24,000 nt of DNA, taken from positions 98,692-122,691 of the forward strand of contig JACKNZ010000010.1 of assembly GCA_024234595.1 (NCBI GenBank), read 5' to 3'. Shown here in pieces: positions 1-9,468 of this stretch. The notes beneath the pieces are model-generated. The model made no database searches, was not told the DNA's origin, and saw only the letters and a program-made list of their open reading frames with translations. The first letter of the stretch is position 1. Each line of letters begins with the position of its first letter. Both the position numbers and the translations under genes were made by a program. This stretch comes from Moraxellaceae bacterium. Its GTDB lineage: Bacteria > Pseudomonadota > Gammaproteobacteria > Pseudomonadales > Moraxellaceae.

Positions 1-199
1 CCAATAGTTACCACTACAGAGCATTGCCAATTAGGGTAAGTGTCTCTACAATCACAGGCGCATGGCTATTATTATAAGCGAATCGCTGATAATGGCACAA
101 AGAAATAAATCTAAGCTTTATGCAGTTTTGGCAACAGCTATTAAATAGTCTTATTTTGTACAAAGACTATGAAAAGTCCCGCCAACAAGGGAATAGATA

Positions 200-1306
200 A
201 TGAAAAAATTGGTGTTAGTCGCGCTTGTTTCTGCAATGTTTAGCGCACCATTGCAAGCAGAGGTAAAATCTGACGACCTAAAAACAGGTGCGCCAGAGCG
301 TTATACCGTTAAAAAGGGCGATACCTTGTGGGATATTGCCAACCGTTATTTGAGTGATGCGTGGCGTTGGCCAGAAATTTGGCAGGCAAACCCTCAAGTG
401 CGCAATCCGCATCTTATTTTTCCAGGTGATAAATTATTACTTTGCCATATTCAACAGCGCGCAGTGGTTGCATTGGACGAAGGTGGCGGTTGTGAGCAAG
501 TGGCGGCTAATTTAGCCAATTTAAGCAACAGTGCTAGCATTAGTGGTGGCAGTGGTTCTGATACACTAAGACCTCAAGTGCGAGAGCAAAGTCTAGATTT
601 AGCCATTCCAGCTATTCCTCTTAAAGATATTCGTGCTTATTTAAGTGATAGTCGTGTCTTTGGTGCTGATGAGTTTAATAAAGCACCTTATGTGTTATCC
701 GCAGGTAATAAGCGAGTGATTGCAGGGCAAGGCGATAAAGTCTATTTACGCGGTGGTGAGTTTACTTTAGGCGAAACACTGGGCGTATATCGTAAAGGTT
801 TACGTTATGATGACCCCGAAACCAAAGAGTATTTAGGTTTTGAAGGTGAAGACGTTGCCTATGGTCGTGTGACAGCCGTACAAGACGGGATTGCGACCTT
901 TGAAATCTCGCGCAGTAGTCAAGAAGTACGCATTGGCGACCGTTTGTTTGCCAGCGAAGCACGTCCCGTCACCCCTATTTTTTATCCGAGTAATCCCGAT
1001 AATGTCAAAGCGGGACGGATTATTCGTATTATGGGCTCGTTGGGTACAGGTGGTCTTAATAGCGTGATTGTGATTAACCGTGGTGAGCGTGATGGCGTAA
1101 AACAAGGTCATACTTTTGCCTTGTATCAGCGTGGCGCAGTGGTTACCGACCGTGTTAAAGAGCAGTTGATTCGCTTGCCCTCTGAACGTGCTGGTATGGC
1201 GATGGTGTTTAGAACCTTTGATAAAGTCAGCTATGCCTTGATTCTTCGTGCAGGTAATGCCATTACTGTCGGTGACGAAGTCCGTCCGCCAATTAGTGGT
1301 GACTAA
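200..1306 (+). CDS. Secreted LysM-domain peptidoglycan-binding protein (TsaP-like)
   Basis: N-terminal signal peptide [20 protein letters not shown]. LysM motif [16 protein letters not shown]...IFPGDKLLL. Its position directly upstream of dprA is typical of the TsaP/PA0020 family (recalled, not searched). RBS-like aaggga lies upstream of the ATG. Confidence 0.8.
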   Translation: MKKLVLVALVSAMFSAPLQAEVKSDDLKTGAPERYTVKKGDTLWDIANRYLSDAWRWPEIWQANPQVRNPHLIFPGDKLLLCHIQQRAVVALDEGGGCEQVAANLANLSNSASISGGSGSDTLRPQVREQSLDLAIPAIPLKDIRAYLSDSRVFGADEFNKAPYVLSAGNKRVIAGQGDKVYLRGGEFTLGETLGVYRKGLRYDDPETKEYLGFEGEDVAYGRVTAVQDGIATFEISRSSQEVRIGDRLFASEARPVTPIFYPSNPDNVKAGRIIRIMGSLGTGGLNSVIVINRGERDGVKQGHTFALYQRGAVVTDRVKEQLIRLPSERAGMAMVFRTFDKVSYALILRAGNAITVGDEVRPPISGD

Positions 1307-1320
1307 GCCTCAACTTCAAT

Positions 1321-1353
1321 AAAAGGCTGTCGATTGACAGCCTTTTGTTTTTT
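1321..1353 (+). terminator. Rho-independent terminator after the LysM gene
   Basis: aaaaggctgtc-gatt-gacagcctttt stem-loop followed by a T-run (gtttttt), 15 nt after the stop codon. Confidence 0.6.
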
Positions 1354-1364
1354 CAAAAGGATTT

Positions 1365-2498
1365 GTGATGTCTCAAACCTTGTTTTTAGATTGGGTAATT
1401 GTTTGGCGTTTGTTAGAGCAATCAACCAGCGGTTTTTATAAATTACTTCGATATTTCTCCTCCCCTAAATTGGCGTTATTGGCCACTACTCAAGCATGGC
1501 AGCAAGCAGGGCTTAGCGAAAAGCACACCCTTAATTTAGCGGCATGGCAGCAGCAAGAGGCCAAATTACATCAAGAAATTCAGCAAAGTTTAGCGTTTAT
1601 TAAGCAGCAACAAATACGTGTATTAACGCTAAGCGATAATGACTATCCACCCTTACTCAAAGAAATCCCCGATGCGCCGCCCTTATTGTTTTGTTGGGGC
1701 GATAGTTCGTTATTATCTTGGCCGCAAGTGGCGATTGTCGGAACACGTAATCCCACGCAAGCAGGACAAAAATTAGCCGAACAGTTTGCTAGTCAGTTAA
1801 GTCAACAAGGCTTAGCTATTACCAGTGGTTTGGCGTTGGGAATAGATGGGGTAGCGCATCAAGCGGTATTACAGGCCAAAGGGGCAACCATTGCGGTTTT
1901 AGGCACAGGCTTAGCTCATTTATATCCACGTCAACATCAACGACTGGCGCAACACATTATTGCCAATCAAGGCTTAGTGATAAGTGAGTTTTTGCCCAAT
2001 ACGCCACCGATTAACTATCATTTTCCGCGCCGTAATCGCATTATTAGTGGGCTTAGTTTGGGGGTGTTGGTGGTGGAGGCGGCTGTTGATAGTGGCTCGT
2101 TAATTACCGCTAAATTAGCCGCAGAACAAAATCGAGAGGTGTGGGCGATTCCGAGTTCGGTGTTTAATGTCCAAGCCAAAGGCTGCCATGCCTTGATTAA
2201 AGACGGTGCAGGCTTAGTCGAAACGCCAGAGGATATTTTGCAGGAAGTGGCACATCATTTTGCCAAAAGTAAATCGGGGCAGTTTGGCGGTGTTGCCCCT
2301 GTAATACTTGAGGACGCTATTGAGTTGAGTCAAGAGGCACAGCAGGTATTAGCGATATTGGGGTGGCAAGTGCAGCATTTTGATGCTTTAGTAGAGCAAG
2401 GACAATGGGACGCAGCAACTTTGGCCAATTTGTTAATGGAGTTGGAATTAGCAGGTAAAATTGCTACTGTAGCAGGTGGTTATGAGCAGTTGGGTTAA
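1365..2498 (+). CDS. dprA: DNA-processing protein DprA (Smf)
   Basis: Rossmann-like core VAIVGTRNPT...GLAITSGLALGIDGVAHQAVL...PRRNRIISGLS is characteristic of DprA. The ORF track starts at GTG 1365, but ATG at 1368 is the more likely start. Confidence 0.9.
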   Translation: MMSQTLFLDWVIVWRLLEQSTSGFYKLLRYFSSPKLALLATTQAWQQAGLSEKHTLNLAAWQQQEAKLHQEIQQSLAFIKQQQIRVLTLSDNDYPPLLKEIPDAPPLLFCWGDSSLLSWPQVAIVGTRNPTQAGQKLAEQFASQLSQQGLAITSGLALGIDGVAHQAVLQAKGATIAVLGTGLAHLYPRQHQRLAQHIIANQGLVISEFLPNTPPINYHFPRRNRIISGLSLGVLVVEAAVDSGSLITAKLAAEQNREVWAIPSSVFNVQAKGCHALIKDGAGLVETPEDILQEVAHHFAKSKSGQFGGVAPVILEDAIELSQEAQQVLAILGWQVQHFDALVEQGQWDAATLANLLMELELAGKIATVAGGYEQLG

Positions 2499-2544
2499 AA
2501 TAGAAATAAAGCACATATTCGACCTGTACATTCAGCTTAACCAC

Positions 2545-2573
2545 TTGTATTTTGCTTTAATCCTACTTAAAAT
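2545..2573 (+). promoter_or_regulatory. Putative sigma70 promoter for vapBC
   Basis: TTGTAT (2545-2550), a 17 nt spacer, then TAAAAT (2568-2573). A GGAGGG RBS follows at about 2595 and the ATG at 2606. Direct repeats CCTACTT / CCTTACTT overlap the -10 region. Confidence 0.4.
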
Positions 2574-2605
2574 CCTTACTTGGTAATACTTTTTGGAGGG
2601 TTGTT

Positions 2606-2845
2606 ATGCAAACATCTACTACCGTTACAAGTAAAGGCCAAGTCACTATTCCCAAAGCAGTCAGACAGCAATTGGGCATTTGTCAGGGTAGCCAAGTTGA
2701 ATTTGTGATGATTGATAATCATGTGGAGTTGCGCGTCATTAACAATCCAAGTGCAATGGTTGAAAGTGGCTTTGGTTTATTAAAAAGCCACAAAGCACCC
2801 GCACCAACAGATTTTGATACGGCTATTGTGGCGCAAAAGTCATGA
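2606..2845 (+). CDS. vapB: AbrB/SpoVT-fold antitoxin (VapB type)
   Basis: N-terminal SKGQVTIPKAVRQQLGI...GSQVEF swapped-hairpin motif. 79 aa. 4-nt ATGA overlap with the downstream PIN gene. Confidence 0.8.
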   Translation: MQTSTTVTSKGQVTIPKAVRQQLGICQGSQVEFVMIDNHVELRVINNPSAMVESGFGLLKSHKAPAPTDFDTAIVAQKS

Positions 2846-3258
2846 ACGGCTTAGATACCAATATTTTAGCAAGATATTACATTGAAGATGCAGGTGACGA
2901 AGAAAGCCTCAAGCAACGGCGACTAGCCCAAAAAATTATCGAAACTGGTGTGCCATTGATGGTGTGTAAAACGGTTATTTTAGAGCTTGAATGGGTGATG
3001 CGTGGTTATTATGAGTTTTCGGCACACGCCATTAGCACAGTTTTTGAGCATTTGTTAAGCCTAGGTCATTTGCACATAGAAGATAGAGCGGCTGTGCAAA
3101 AAGCACTGGTGTATTATCAAGCAGGTTTAGATTTTGCCGATGCTTTGCATCATGCCAGTTATCAATCATGCGCTAATATGCTAAGTTTTGATGACCGCCG
3201 TTTTGCGCGTAGAGTCAAAAAAATGGCGTTGTTACCTCCTGTTATTGTACCTAAGTAA
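2842..3258 (+). CDS. vapC: PIN-domain ribonuclease toxin VapC
   Basis: N-terminal LDTNIL with the first PIN acidic residue, later acidic residues (LELEW, DFADALH, SFDDRRF), 138 aa. Translationally coupled to vapB. Confidence 0.85.
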   Translation: MNGLDTNILARYYIEDAGDEESLKQRRLAQKIIETGVPLMVCKTVILELEWVMRGYYEFSAHAISTVFEHLLSLGHLHIEDRAAVQKALVYYQAGLDFADALHHASYQSCANMLSFDDRRFARRVKKMALLPPVIVPK

Positions 3259-3262
3259 ACCT

Positions 3263-3826
3263 ATGCCACTATCCCCCCTCCACCTACAACAAGCCGTTAC
3301 CGCCTTAAAGTCTGGCGGTGTCATTGCCTATCCCACCGAAGCCGTGTGGGGCTTAGGTTGTGACCCATTTAACGAGCAAGCCGTGTTAAAACTGTTGGCA
3401 CTTAAACAACGACCTGTTGCCAAAGGATTAATTTTAATCGCCGCCACCGTTGAGCAAGTAGAACCCTATTTGCAATTATTAACGCCTGCACAACGACAAA
3501 CCGTGGTTGACTCGTGGCCAGCCGCCAAAACGTGGGTTGTCCCTGTTGAAGAAAACTTTCCAAGTTGGGTACGAGGTGAGCATCTGAGCGTTGCCGTACG
3601 CGTGAGTGCGCACCCTCCTGTGCAAGCCTTATGTCATGCCTTTGGTGGTGCAATTATCTCCACCAGTGCCAATATAACAGGTCAGCCAACCGCACAAACA
3701 GAGGCCGAAATTGCACAAATCTTTGGCAATGGGTTAAGCTATGTGCTATCTGCCCCTTTAGGTGGCAACAAAAACCCCTCACAAATTCGTGATGCTTGTA
3801 CGGGTGAAATGATACGCCCGTCTTAG
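3263..3826 (+). CDS. tsaC: L-threonylcarbamoyladenylate synthase TsaC (YrdC/Sua5 family, t6A biosynthesis)
   Basis: VIAYPTEAVWGLGCDP and ISTSANITGQP motifs. I place the start at ATG 3263 (MPLSPLHLQQA...). The track start at 3188 would overlap vapC by 71 nt and adds a non-homologous extension. Confidence 0.85.
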   Translation: MPLSPLHLQQAVTALKSGGVIAYPTEAVWGLGCDPFNEQAVLKLLALKQRPVAKGLILIAATVEQVEPYLQLLTPAQRQTVVDSWPAAKTWVVPVEENFPSWVRGEHLSVAVRVSAHPPVQALCHAFGGAIISTSANITGQPTAQTEAEIAQIFGNGLSYVLSAPLGGNKNPSQIRDACTGEMIRPS

Positions 3827-3832
3827 TCTTGA

Positions 3833-4750
<918 letters not shown>

Positions 4751-4753
4751 ATC

Positions 4754-5578
4754 ATGACTGATTATTATGCGGTAGTAGGCAATCCCATTGGCCATAGTCG
4801 CTCACCACGGATTCAGACCGCTTTTGCACAAGCAACGGCTCAAGATATGCGTTATGAAGCAATTTTGTCGCCTTTAGACGGTTTTAGGCAGGTGGTCAGT
4901 GATTTTTTTGCCACAGAATCAGGTAAAGGTTTAAACATTACCTTGCCATTTAAAGAGCAAGCCTACGAATTAAGCGATGTTAAGTCATTACGTGCTACCC
5001 AAGCAGGTGCAGTAAATACCTTAATGAAAGGCAAAGACGGTCGTTTGTATGGTGATAATACCGATGGAATTGGACTTGTGCGCGATATGACCCAAAACTT
5101 GGGCTGGACATTGGAAGGCAAACGGATTTTGGTAGTTGGCGCAGGTGGTGCAGTACGTGGCGTATTAGGCGCGTTATTGGCGCAAAATCCGAGTCAATTA
5201 TGGGTGGTAAATCGTACCCACAGCAAAGCACAAAATCTGGCTAACATTTTTAGAGCTTATGGCAATATAGATGCCATTCGTTTTGAAGAGGTATTGCCGC
5301 ACAGTGTGGATGTGATTATTAACGGTTCTTCATCGTCGTTACAGGGTGAGTTACCGCCTTTGGTGGATGGTATTTTGGCAGAAGGTGCCTGTGCTTATGA
5401 TATGGCTTATGGCAAACCCGATTTGCCGTTTTTGGTGTGGGCACAAACACAAGGCGCAACAGTGAGCGATGGCTTAGGAATGTTAGTAGAGCAGGCCGCT
5501 GAGAGCTTTTTTATTTGGCGTGATATGAGGGTAGAAAGTGCTGCTTTATTAGCAGAGCTTAGGGGCGAGTTGGGTTAA
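4754..5578 (+). CDS. aroE: Shikimate dehydrogenase
   Basis: YAVVGNPIGHSRSP, NITLPFKE, NTDGIGLVRD and VVGAGGAVRG (NADP-binding) motifs. Confidence 0.92.
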   Translation: MTDYYAVVGNPIGHSRSPRIQTAFAQATAQDMRYEAILSPLDGFRQVVSDFFATESGKGLNITLPFKEQAYELSDVKSLRATQAGAVNTLMKGKDGRLYGDNTDGIGLVRDMTQNLGWTLEGKRILVVGAGGAVRGVLGALLAQNPSQLWVVNRTHSKAQNLANIFRAYGNIDAIRFEEVLPHSVDVIINGSSSSLQGELPPLVDGILAEGACAYDMAYGKPDLPFLVWAQTQGATVSDGLGMLVEQAAESFFIWRDMRVESAALLAELRGELG

Positions 5579-6341
5579 ATTTGGCTTGATATTGTTCATA
5601 GTTATAAATGGGAAAACCAATAGCGACATTGCTTTGTTGGTAGTGTTGCATCTCGGCCATTTTTTTGAGTTGGGTCAGGACGTTGTGTGGTGCAGTACGT
5701 TGAATCATATTAGCCGCCCAAACAGGTAACACGTGGTCGCGTATTTCAAAATAGCCTTGTACCTCAATATGTACTCGCTCTTTGCTCAAGGGCGTAACAC
5801 GAATACTCATATCTTCGGCGGCCATACGCTGCAAGGGTGGTTTGGGCGGCAAATAATCGGGCAAGGCAGATACTTTAATGGTAATGGCCGCTTGTTGGGC
5901 ACTTTGGGGGGTGACGGTTGCGTCTAAAATAACATCTAAATCGGGAATGTTATAAGGGGCATCATGAACAATATATAAGACAAAGTGCGTTGCAGATTTT
6001 TTGTTTAATAGTTCTGAATGTTGCGTTCTCCAATACCATTTAATGTAATTATCAAAGTCAAGCATCACCGCTGCTAGGGTTTTAATATCTGCATCCAGTA
6101 TCATATCGGCTTTAAATGAACGAAAACTTTTGTCATCTTCGTGTCTAATATAGGCTCTTATATTATTACGTTTATCATTTTGAACTTGTACCCATTCGTT
6201 ACCCAAGCGCGGTCTAAGCTCATCTAACTCATTGTTAGTTGCAGCAAATATCAGTTGCGAATAGCTACAAAGTACCAGTAGGTAACATAGCCGTAAATAA
6301 CTGCTAACAGTGTGATGTCGTGTACAAACAAAGTTAGGCAT
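5559..6341 (-). CDS. Secreted START/SRPBCC-like lipid-binding domain protein, paralog 1
   Basis: Signal-peptide-like N-terminus. Shares blocks with the two upstream paralogs: LDEL, W..V.ND, RSFKA, LDFDNY..W.W, HDAPYN.PD.D, PPKPPL.RM.AEDM, WAANMIQRTAP. Its start overlaps the paralog 2 stop as TAATG. Its 3' end overlaps the aroE 3' end by 20 nt (convergent). Confidence 0.7.
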   Translation of the reverse strand: MPNFVCTRHHTVSSYLRLCYLLVLCSYSQLIFAATNNELDELRPRLGNEWVQVQNDKRNNIRAYIRHEDDKSFRSFKADMILDADIKTLAAVMLDFDNYIKWYWRTQHSELLNKKSATHFVLYIVHDAPYNIPDLDVILDATVTPQSAQQAAITIKVSALPDYLPPKPPLQRMAAEDMSIRVTPLSKERVHIEVQGYFEIRDHVLPVWAANMIQRTAPHNVLTQLKKMAEMQHYQQSNVAIGFPIYNYEQYQAKFNPTRP

Positions 6342-7066
6342 TAGGGTAAATTGTTGTAGTCATAAATAGGAAAAGGCAAAGGCTGTTTGCTTTTGTTGTT
6401 GTATTCGGGACGTTGTGCCATTCGTTGCAAAGCAACAATCACCGCATAAGGTGCATTACGTTGTACAAAATTAGCCGCCCATGCTGGCACAACGCCACCA
6501 GGGTCAAAATAGCCTTCAGTGGTCATTTCGACTTGATTGACACCAACGGGCGTAAATTTAATAGTCATTTCTTCGGCAATCATGCGCACCAACGGTGGTT
6601 TGGCAGGTAAAGCATCAGGTGTTGCAGTGACACGCAACGTCACATAAGGTTTGTTTTTGGCTTGGGGTTCAATAATGCCTTTGATGACGGTATCGCGGTC
6701 AGGTAAGCCATACGGTGCATCATGCACCATATACACCATATATTCAGTAGGTGAGTTTTGACGAATTAGCTTAGACTCACGAGTTTTCCAAAACCAACGG
6801 GTATAGTTTTCAAAATCTAATAATACCCGTGCTAAAGATTCAACCGAGGTTTCGAGCGTTGCTTCGAGTTTAAACGAGCGATAGCGTTTACCATCTTCTA
6901 AACGAGCATAGGTTTTAATATTGCGTAAGCGGTCATTTTTGACCAATAACCATTCGTTTGTTAATTTGCTGCGAAATTCATCTAAGTCATTGCTATCGGC
7001 ATAAATGACTTGTGTGGGCAATAAAAAGGTGCACAGCAAGGTGAGTAGGACGAGCTTTTTGTACAT
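6341..7066 (-). CDS. Secreted START/SRPBCC-like lipid-binding domain protein, paralog 2
   Basis: The likely start is MYKKLVLLTLLCTFLLPTQVIYA at 7066, because the track extension to 7102 precedes the signal peptide. Same conserved blocks as the paralogs. C-terminal tail LPFPIYDYNNLP. Confidence 0.7.
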   Translation of the reverse strand: MYKKLVLLTLLCTFLLPTQVIYADSNDLDEFRSKLTNEWLLVKNDRLRNIKTYARLEDGKRYRSFKLEATLETSVESLARVLLDFENYTRWFWKTRESKLIRQNSPTEYMVYMVHDAPYGLPDRDTVIKGIIEPQAKNKPYVTLRVTATPDALPAKPPLVRMIAEEMTIKFTPVGVNQVEMTTEGYFDPGGVVPAWAANFVQRNAPYAVIVALQRMAQRPEYNNKSKQPLPFPIYDYNNLP

Positions 7067-7100
7067 TATTGTTATTCCAACAGCACAGCGTTGACCAAGC

Positions 7101-7130
7101 AAATTACCTGCGTTTGGTACAATATGTCAA
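7101..7130 (-). promoter_or_regulatory. Putative promoter for START paralogs 2 and 1
   Basis: On the minus strand: TTGACA (7130-7125), an 18 nt spacer, then TAATTT (7106-7101). It lies about 35 nt upstream of ATG 7066 and just downstream of the paralog 3 terminator. Confidence 0.4.
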
Positions 7131-7144
7131 GTGAATGAGCAGTG

Positions 7145-7181
7145 TAATAACAAAACGACCCTTGATACTAACCAAGAGTCG
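7145..7181 (-). terminator. Rho-independent terminator after START paralog 3
   Basis: Minus strand CGACTCTTG-GTTAGTAT-CAAGGGTCG (9 bp stem, one mismatch) followed by TTTTGTT. Confidence 0.6.
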
Positions 7182-7209
7182 CTTTGAAATTTTTTAGGTT
7201 GACACGGTG

Positions 7210-7935
7210 TTACGGCAAATTATTGTATTCATAGACAGGAAAGGGCAAAGGCGTATTTGAGTTGGCAACTTCGGGTTGTTGTAGCATTCGACGCATGCCT
7301 AATAGTGTGGCATAAGGTGCGCTACGTTGCACAAAGTTGATCGCCCAAGAAGCCATATTGCCACCGGGATCAACATAACCTTCGTTAACAACGTTAATTT
7401 TGCCGTCAGGTAAAGGGGTGATTTTGACATTCATTTCTTCGGCCGTCATTCGCACAAAAGGTGGTCTTTCGGGAATATAATCAGGCACGGCACGAATGGC
7501 AATGGTGATGTAAGGACGATTTTTAGTTTGAGGCTCAATCACCATGTGCAAGGCAACATCACGGTCTGGCACCCCATAGGGAGAATCATGGGTGACGTAA
7601 AAATAATATTCGGTTGGAGACACTTTTTTGAGCATTTTGGAATCAATGGCATGCCATGTCCATTTTTTCATATTATCAAAATCGGTAATCATTCTAATAA
7701 AAGAGGCCATAGAAGCGTTAAATACACCTTCGGCTTTAAATGAACGAAAGCGTTTACCGTCTTCTTGTTTGGCATAAGTTTTAAAGCCATGACGCTGGTC
7801 ATTTTTAACAAATACCCAATCTTTACCTACAGTACCGTGTTGTAACTCATCAAGGTCTTCAATGCCTGCGCTTGCGAAAGGCGCGGCCGCGACAAGAGAC
7901 AAAGATAAGAGTAGTGTTTTTATGGTGTGACGCAT
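7210..7935 (-). CDS. Secreted START/SRPBCC-like lipid-binding domain protein, paralog 3
   Basis: Signal peptide MRHTIKTLLLSLSLVAAAPFASA. RBS aagagga. Same conserved blocks as the paralogs. C-terminal tail LPFPVYEYNNLP. Confidence 0.72.
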   Translation of the reverse strand: MRHTIKTLLLSLSLVAAAPFASAGIEDLDELQHGTVGKDWVFVKNDQRHGFKTYAKQEDGKRFRSFKAEGVFNASMASFIRMITDFDNMKKWTWHAIDSKMLKKVSPTEYYFYVTHDSPYGVPDRDVALHMVIEPQTKNRPYITIAIRAVPDYIPERPPFVRMTAEEMNVKITPLPDGKINVVNEGYVDPGGNMASWAINFVQRSAPYATLLGMRRMLQQPEVANSNTPLPFPVYEYNNLP

Positions 7936-8058
7936 AACAAATTCCTCTTTTTATTTTGTATGGGATTTACGCGGTTTCTATTTTTGATGCAATGCGTAAA
8001 TGCTATTTATCTTAAAATGTCGTTTACAAGACGAACAATGGGACAAAACCGTTGCAAA

Positions 8059-8072
8059 TATCACTAGTGATA
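8059..8072. promoter_or_regulatory. Perfect 14-bp palindrome TATCACTAGTGATA, candidate operator
   Basis: Self-complementary over all 14 nt. Lies between the acyl-CoA dehydrogenase terminator and START paralog 3, 124-137 nt upstream of its ATG. The half-site TATCAC/GTGATA resembles tetO and lambda-type HTH operators. Confidence 0.35.
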
Positions 8073-8144
8073 GCAGTACGCCTTTCAGTTTGTTTTGTCA
8101 ATATGACTTGGATGTAAGAAGAAGGGCATCAGACAAGTGGTACA

Positions 8145-8177
8145 CAAAAGAACAGGCTTACTGTAATAAGTAAGCCT
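8145..8177 (-). terminator. Rho-independent terminator after the acyl-CoA dehydrogenase gene
   Basis: Minus strand AGGCTTACT-TATTAC-AGTAAGCCT (9 bp perfect stem) followed by GTTCTTTTG, 12 nt after the stop. Confidence 0.6.
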
Positions 8178-8188
8178 TGATAAGAGTG

Positions 8189-9331
8189 TTAGCGGCCGAC
8201 TAATGAACGGGCAATAACCTCTTTCATAATTTCGTTTGTGCCACCATAAATCCGTTGAATACGCGCATCAACATACGCGCGTGCCGCTGGATATTCCATC
8301 ATATAACCATAACCCCCAAATAATTGTAAACATTGGTCAGCCACGCGGCATTGCATATCGGTGGTCGATAATTTGGCAACAGCAGCGGTTGAAGCATCGA
8401 GCTTTCCGACCATGTATTGGTCAATACATTGATTCACAAAGGCACGATTAACTGCAATATCGGTATGACAGGTCGCTAAGCTAAAGCGAGTATTTTGAAG
8501 TTTGCTGATGGGTGCGCCAAAGGCTTTACGCTCTTGGGTATAAGTAATGGTTGCCGCTAATAAACCTTCAGAAGCCGCAACCGCACACACCGCTAAATTT
8601 AAACGCTCGCGTGGCAATTCATTCATTAAATAGGCAAAACCTCTACCTTCTTCACCTAATAAACTGTCTAAGGGTAATTTGACATTATCAAAAAATAATT
8701 CAGAGGTATCTTGCGAATGTAAACCCATTTTTTCGAGATTACGACCACGGGCACAACCTGCTAAATTCATATCCACTAAAAATAAGCTCACGCCTTTTGC
8801 GCCACCATTAGGGTCTGTTTTGGCTGCCAAAATCACTAGGTCGGCATGTTGGCCATTGGTAATAAAGGTTTTAGAACCGTTTAATACATAATGATCGCCA
8901 TTGCGAATAGCTGTAGTGCGAATTGCTTGTAAGTCAGAGCCAGCACCGGGTTCGGTCATGCCAATCGCACCAATCACTTCACCGCTAATCATTTTTGGCA
9001 ACCATTGTTGGCGTTGTGCTTCATTGCCAATGTGTTGCACATAAGGGGCTGCAATGTCGGAATGAACCGATAAACCTGTGGCTAAAGACGCAAAGTTAGC
9101 ACGAGAAGCTTCTTCTAACACCACCATAGAATATAAATAAGACACACCAACACCGCCATATTCTTCGGGTTGGTCAACACATAACAAGCCATTAGCTCCC
9201 ATGCTATACCACACATCACGTGGAATAATGCCGTCTTTTTCCCATTGTTCGTAATGGGGTTTAATTTCTTTGTCTAAGAAACGTTTGACCATGTCACGGA
9301 ATTGTTCGAGTTCGGTATTAAGTTCAGTCAT
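8189..9331 (-). CDS. Acyl-CoA dehydrogenase, LCAD/IVD-like subtype
   Basis: 380 aa ACAD fold. C-terminal IYGGTNEIMKEVIAR has Gly where MCAD-type enzymes have the catalytic Glu of YEG. YLMNELPRERL resembles the LCAD helix-G region that carries the relocated catalytic Glu (from memory). Confidence 0.88.
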   Translation of the reverse strand: MTELNTELEQFRDMVKRFLDKEIKPHYEQWEKDGIIPRDVWYSMGANGLLCVDQPEEYGGVGVSYLYSMVVLEEASRANFASLATGLSVHSDIAAPYVQHIGNEAQRQQWLPKMISGEVIGAIGMTEPGAGSDLQAIRTTAIRNGDHYVLNGSKTFITNGQHADLVILAAKTDPNGGAKGVSLFLVDMNLAGCARGRNLEKMGLHSQDTSELFFDNVKLPLDSLLGEEGRGFAYLMNELPRERLNLAVCAVAASEGLLAATITYTQERKAFGAPISKLQNTRFSLATCHTDIAVNRAFVNQCIDQYMVGKLDASTAAVAKLSTTDMQCRVADQCLQLFGGYGYMMEYPAARAYVDARIQRIYGGTNEIMKEVIARSLVGR

Positions 9332-9468
9332 GAGGTTAGCCTCTAAGTAAGGGACTTACGCATTTTGCCAAAATTAGCGCGTTTTGCGAGCATAAAACCG
9401 TTAAAAACGGTTGAAATGTGAACAAATAAGCGATAACTGTGTAAGTCCTAAGATGTTGGGAGTAAAAG

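Noticed and set aside
62-145. A 27-aa plus-strand mini-ORF (MAIIISESLIMAQRNKSKLYAVLATAIK) and the inverted repeat TTATAAGCG-AAT-CGCTGATAA (72-92) upstream of the LysM gene.
   Set aside because: It has no RBS and no recognisable family, and it is too short to support. The inverted repeat is short and imperfect. The region is more likely the LysM gene promoter and leader.
3188-3262. The long N-terminal extension of the tsaC ORF that overlaps vapC.
   Set aside because: The extension (MMTAVLRVESKKWRCYLLLLYLSKP) has no TsaC similarity and overlaps vapC by 71 nt. The conserved N-terminus begins at Met 3263.
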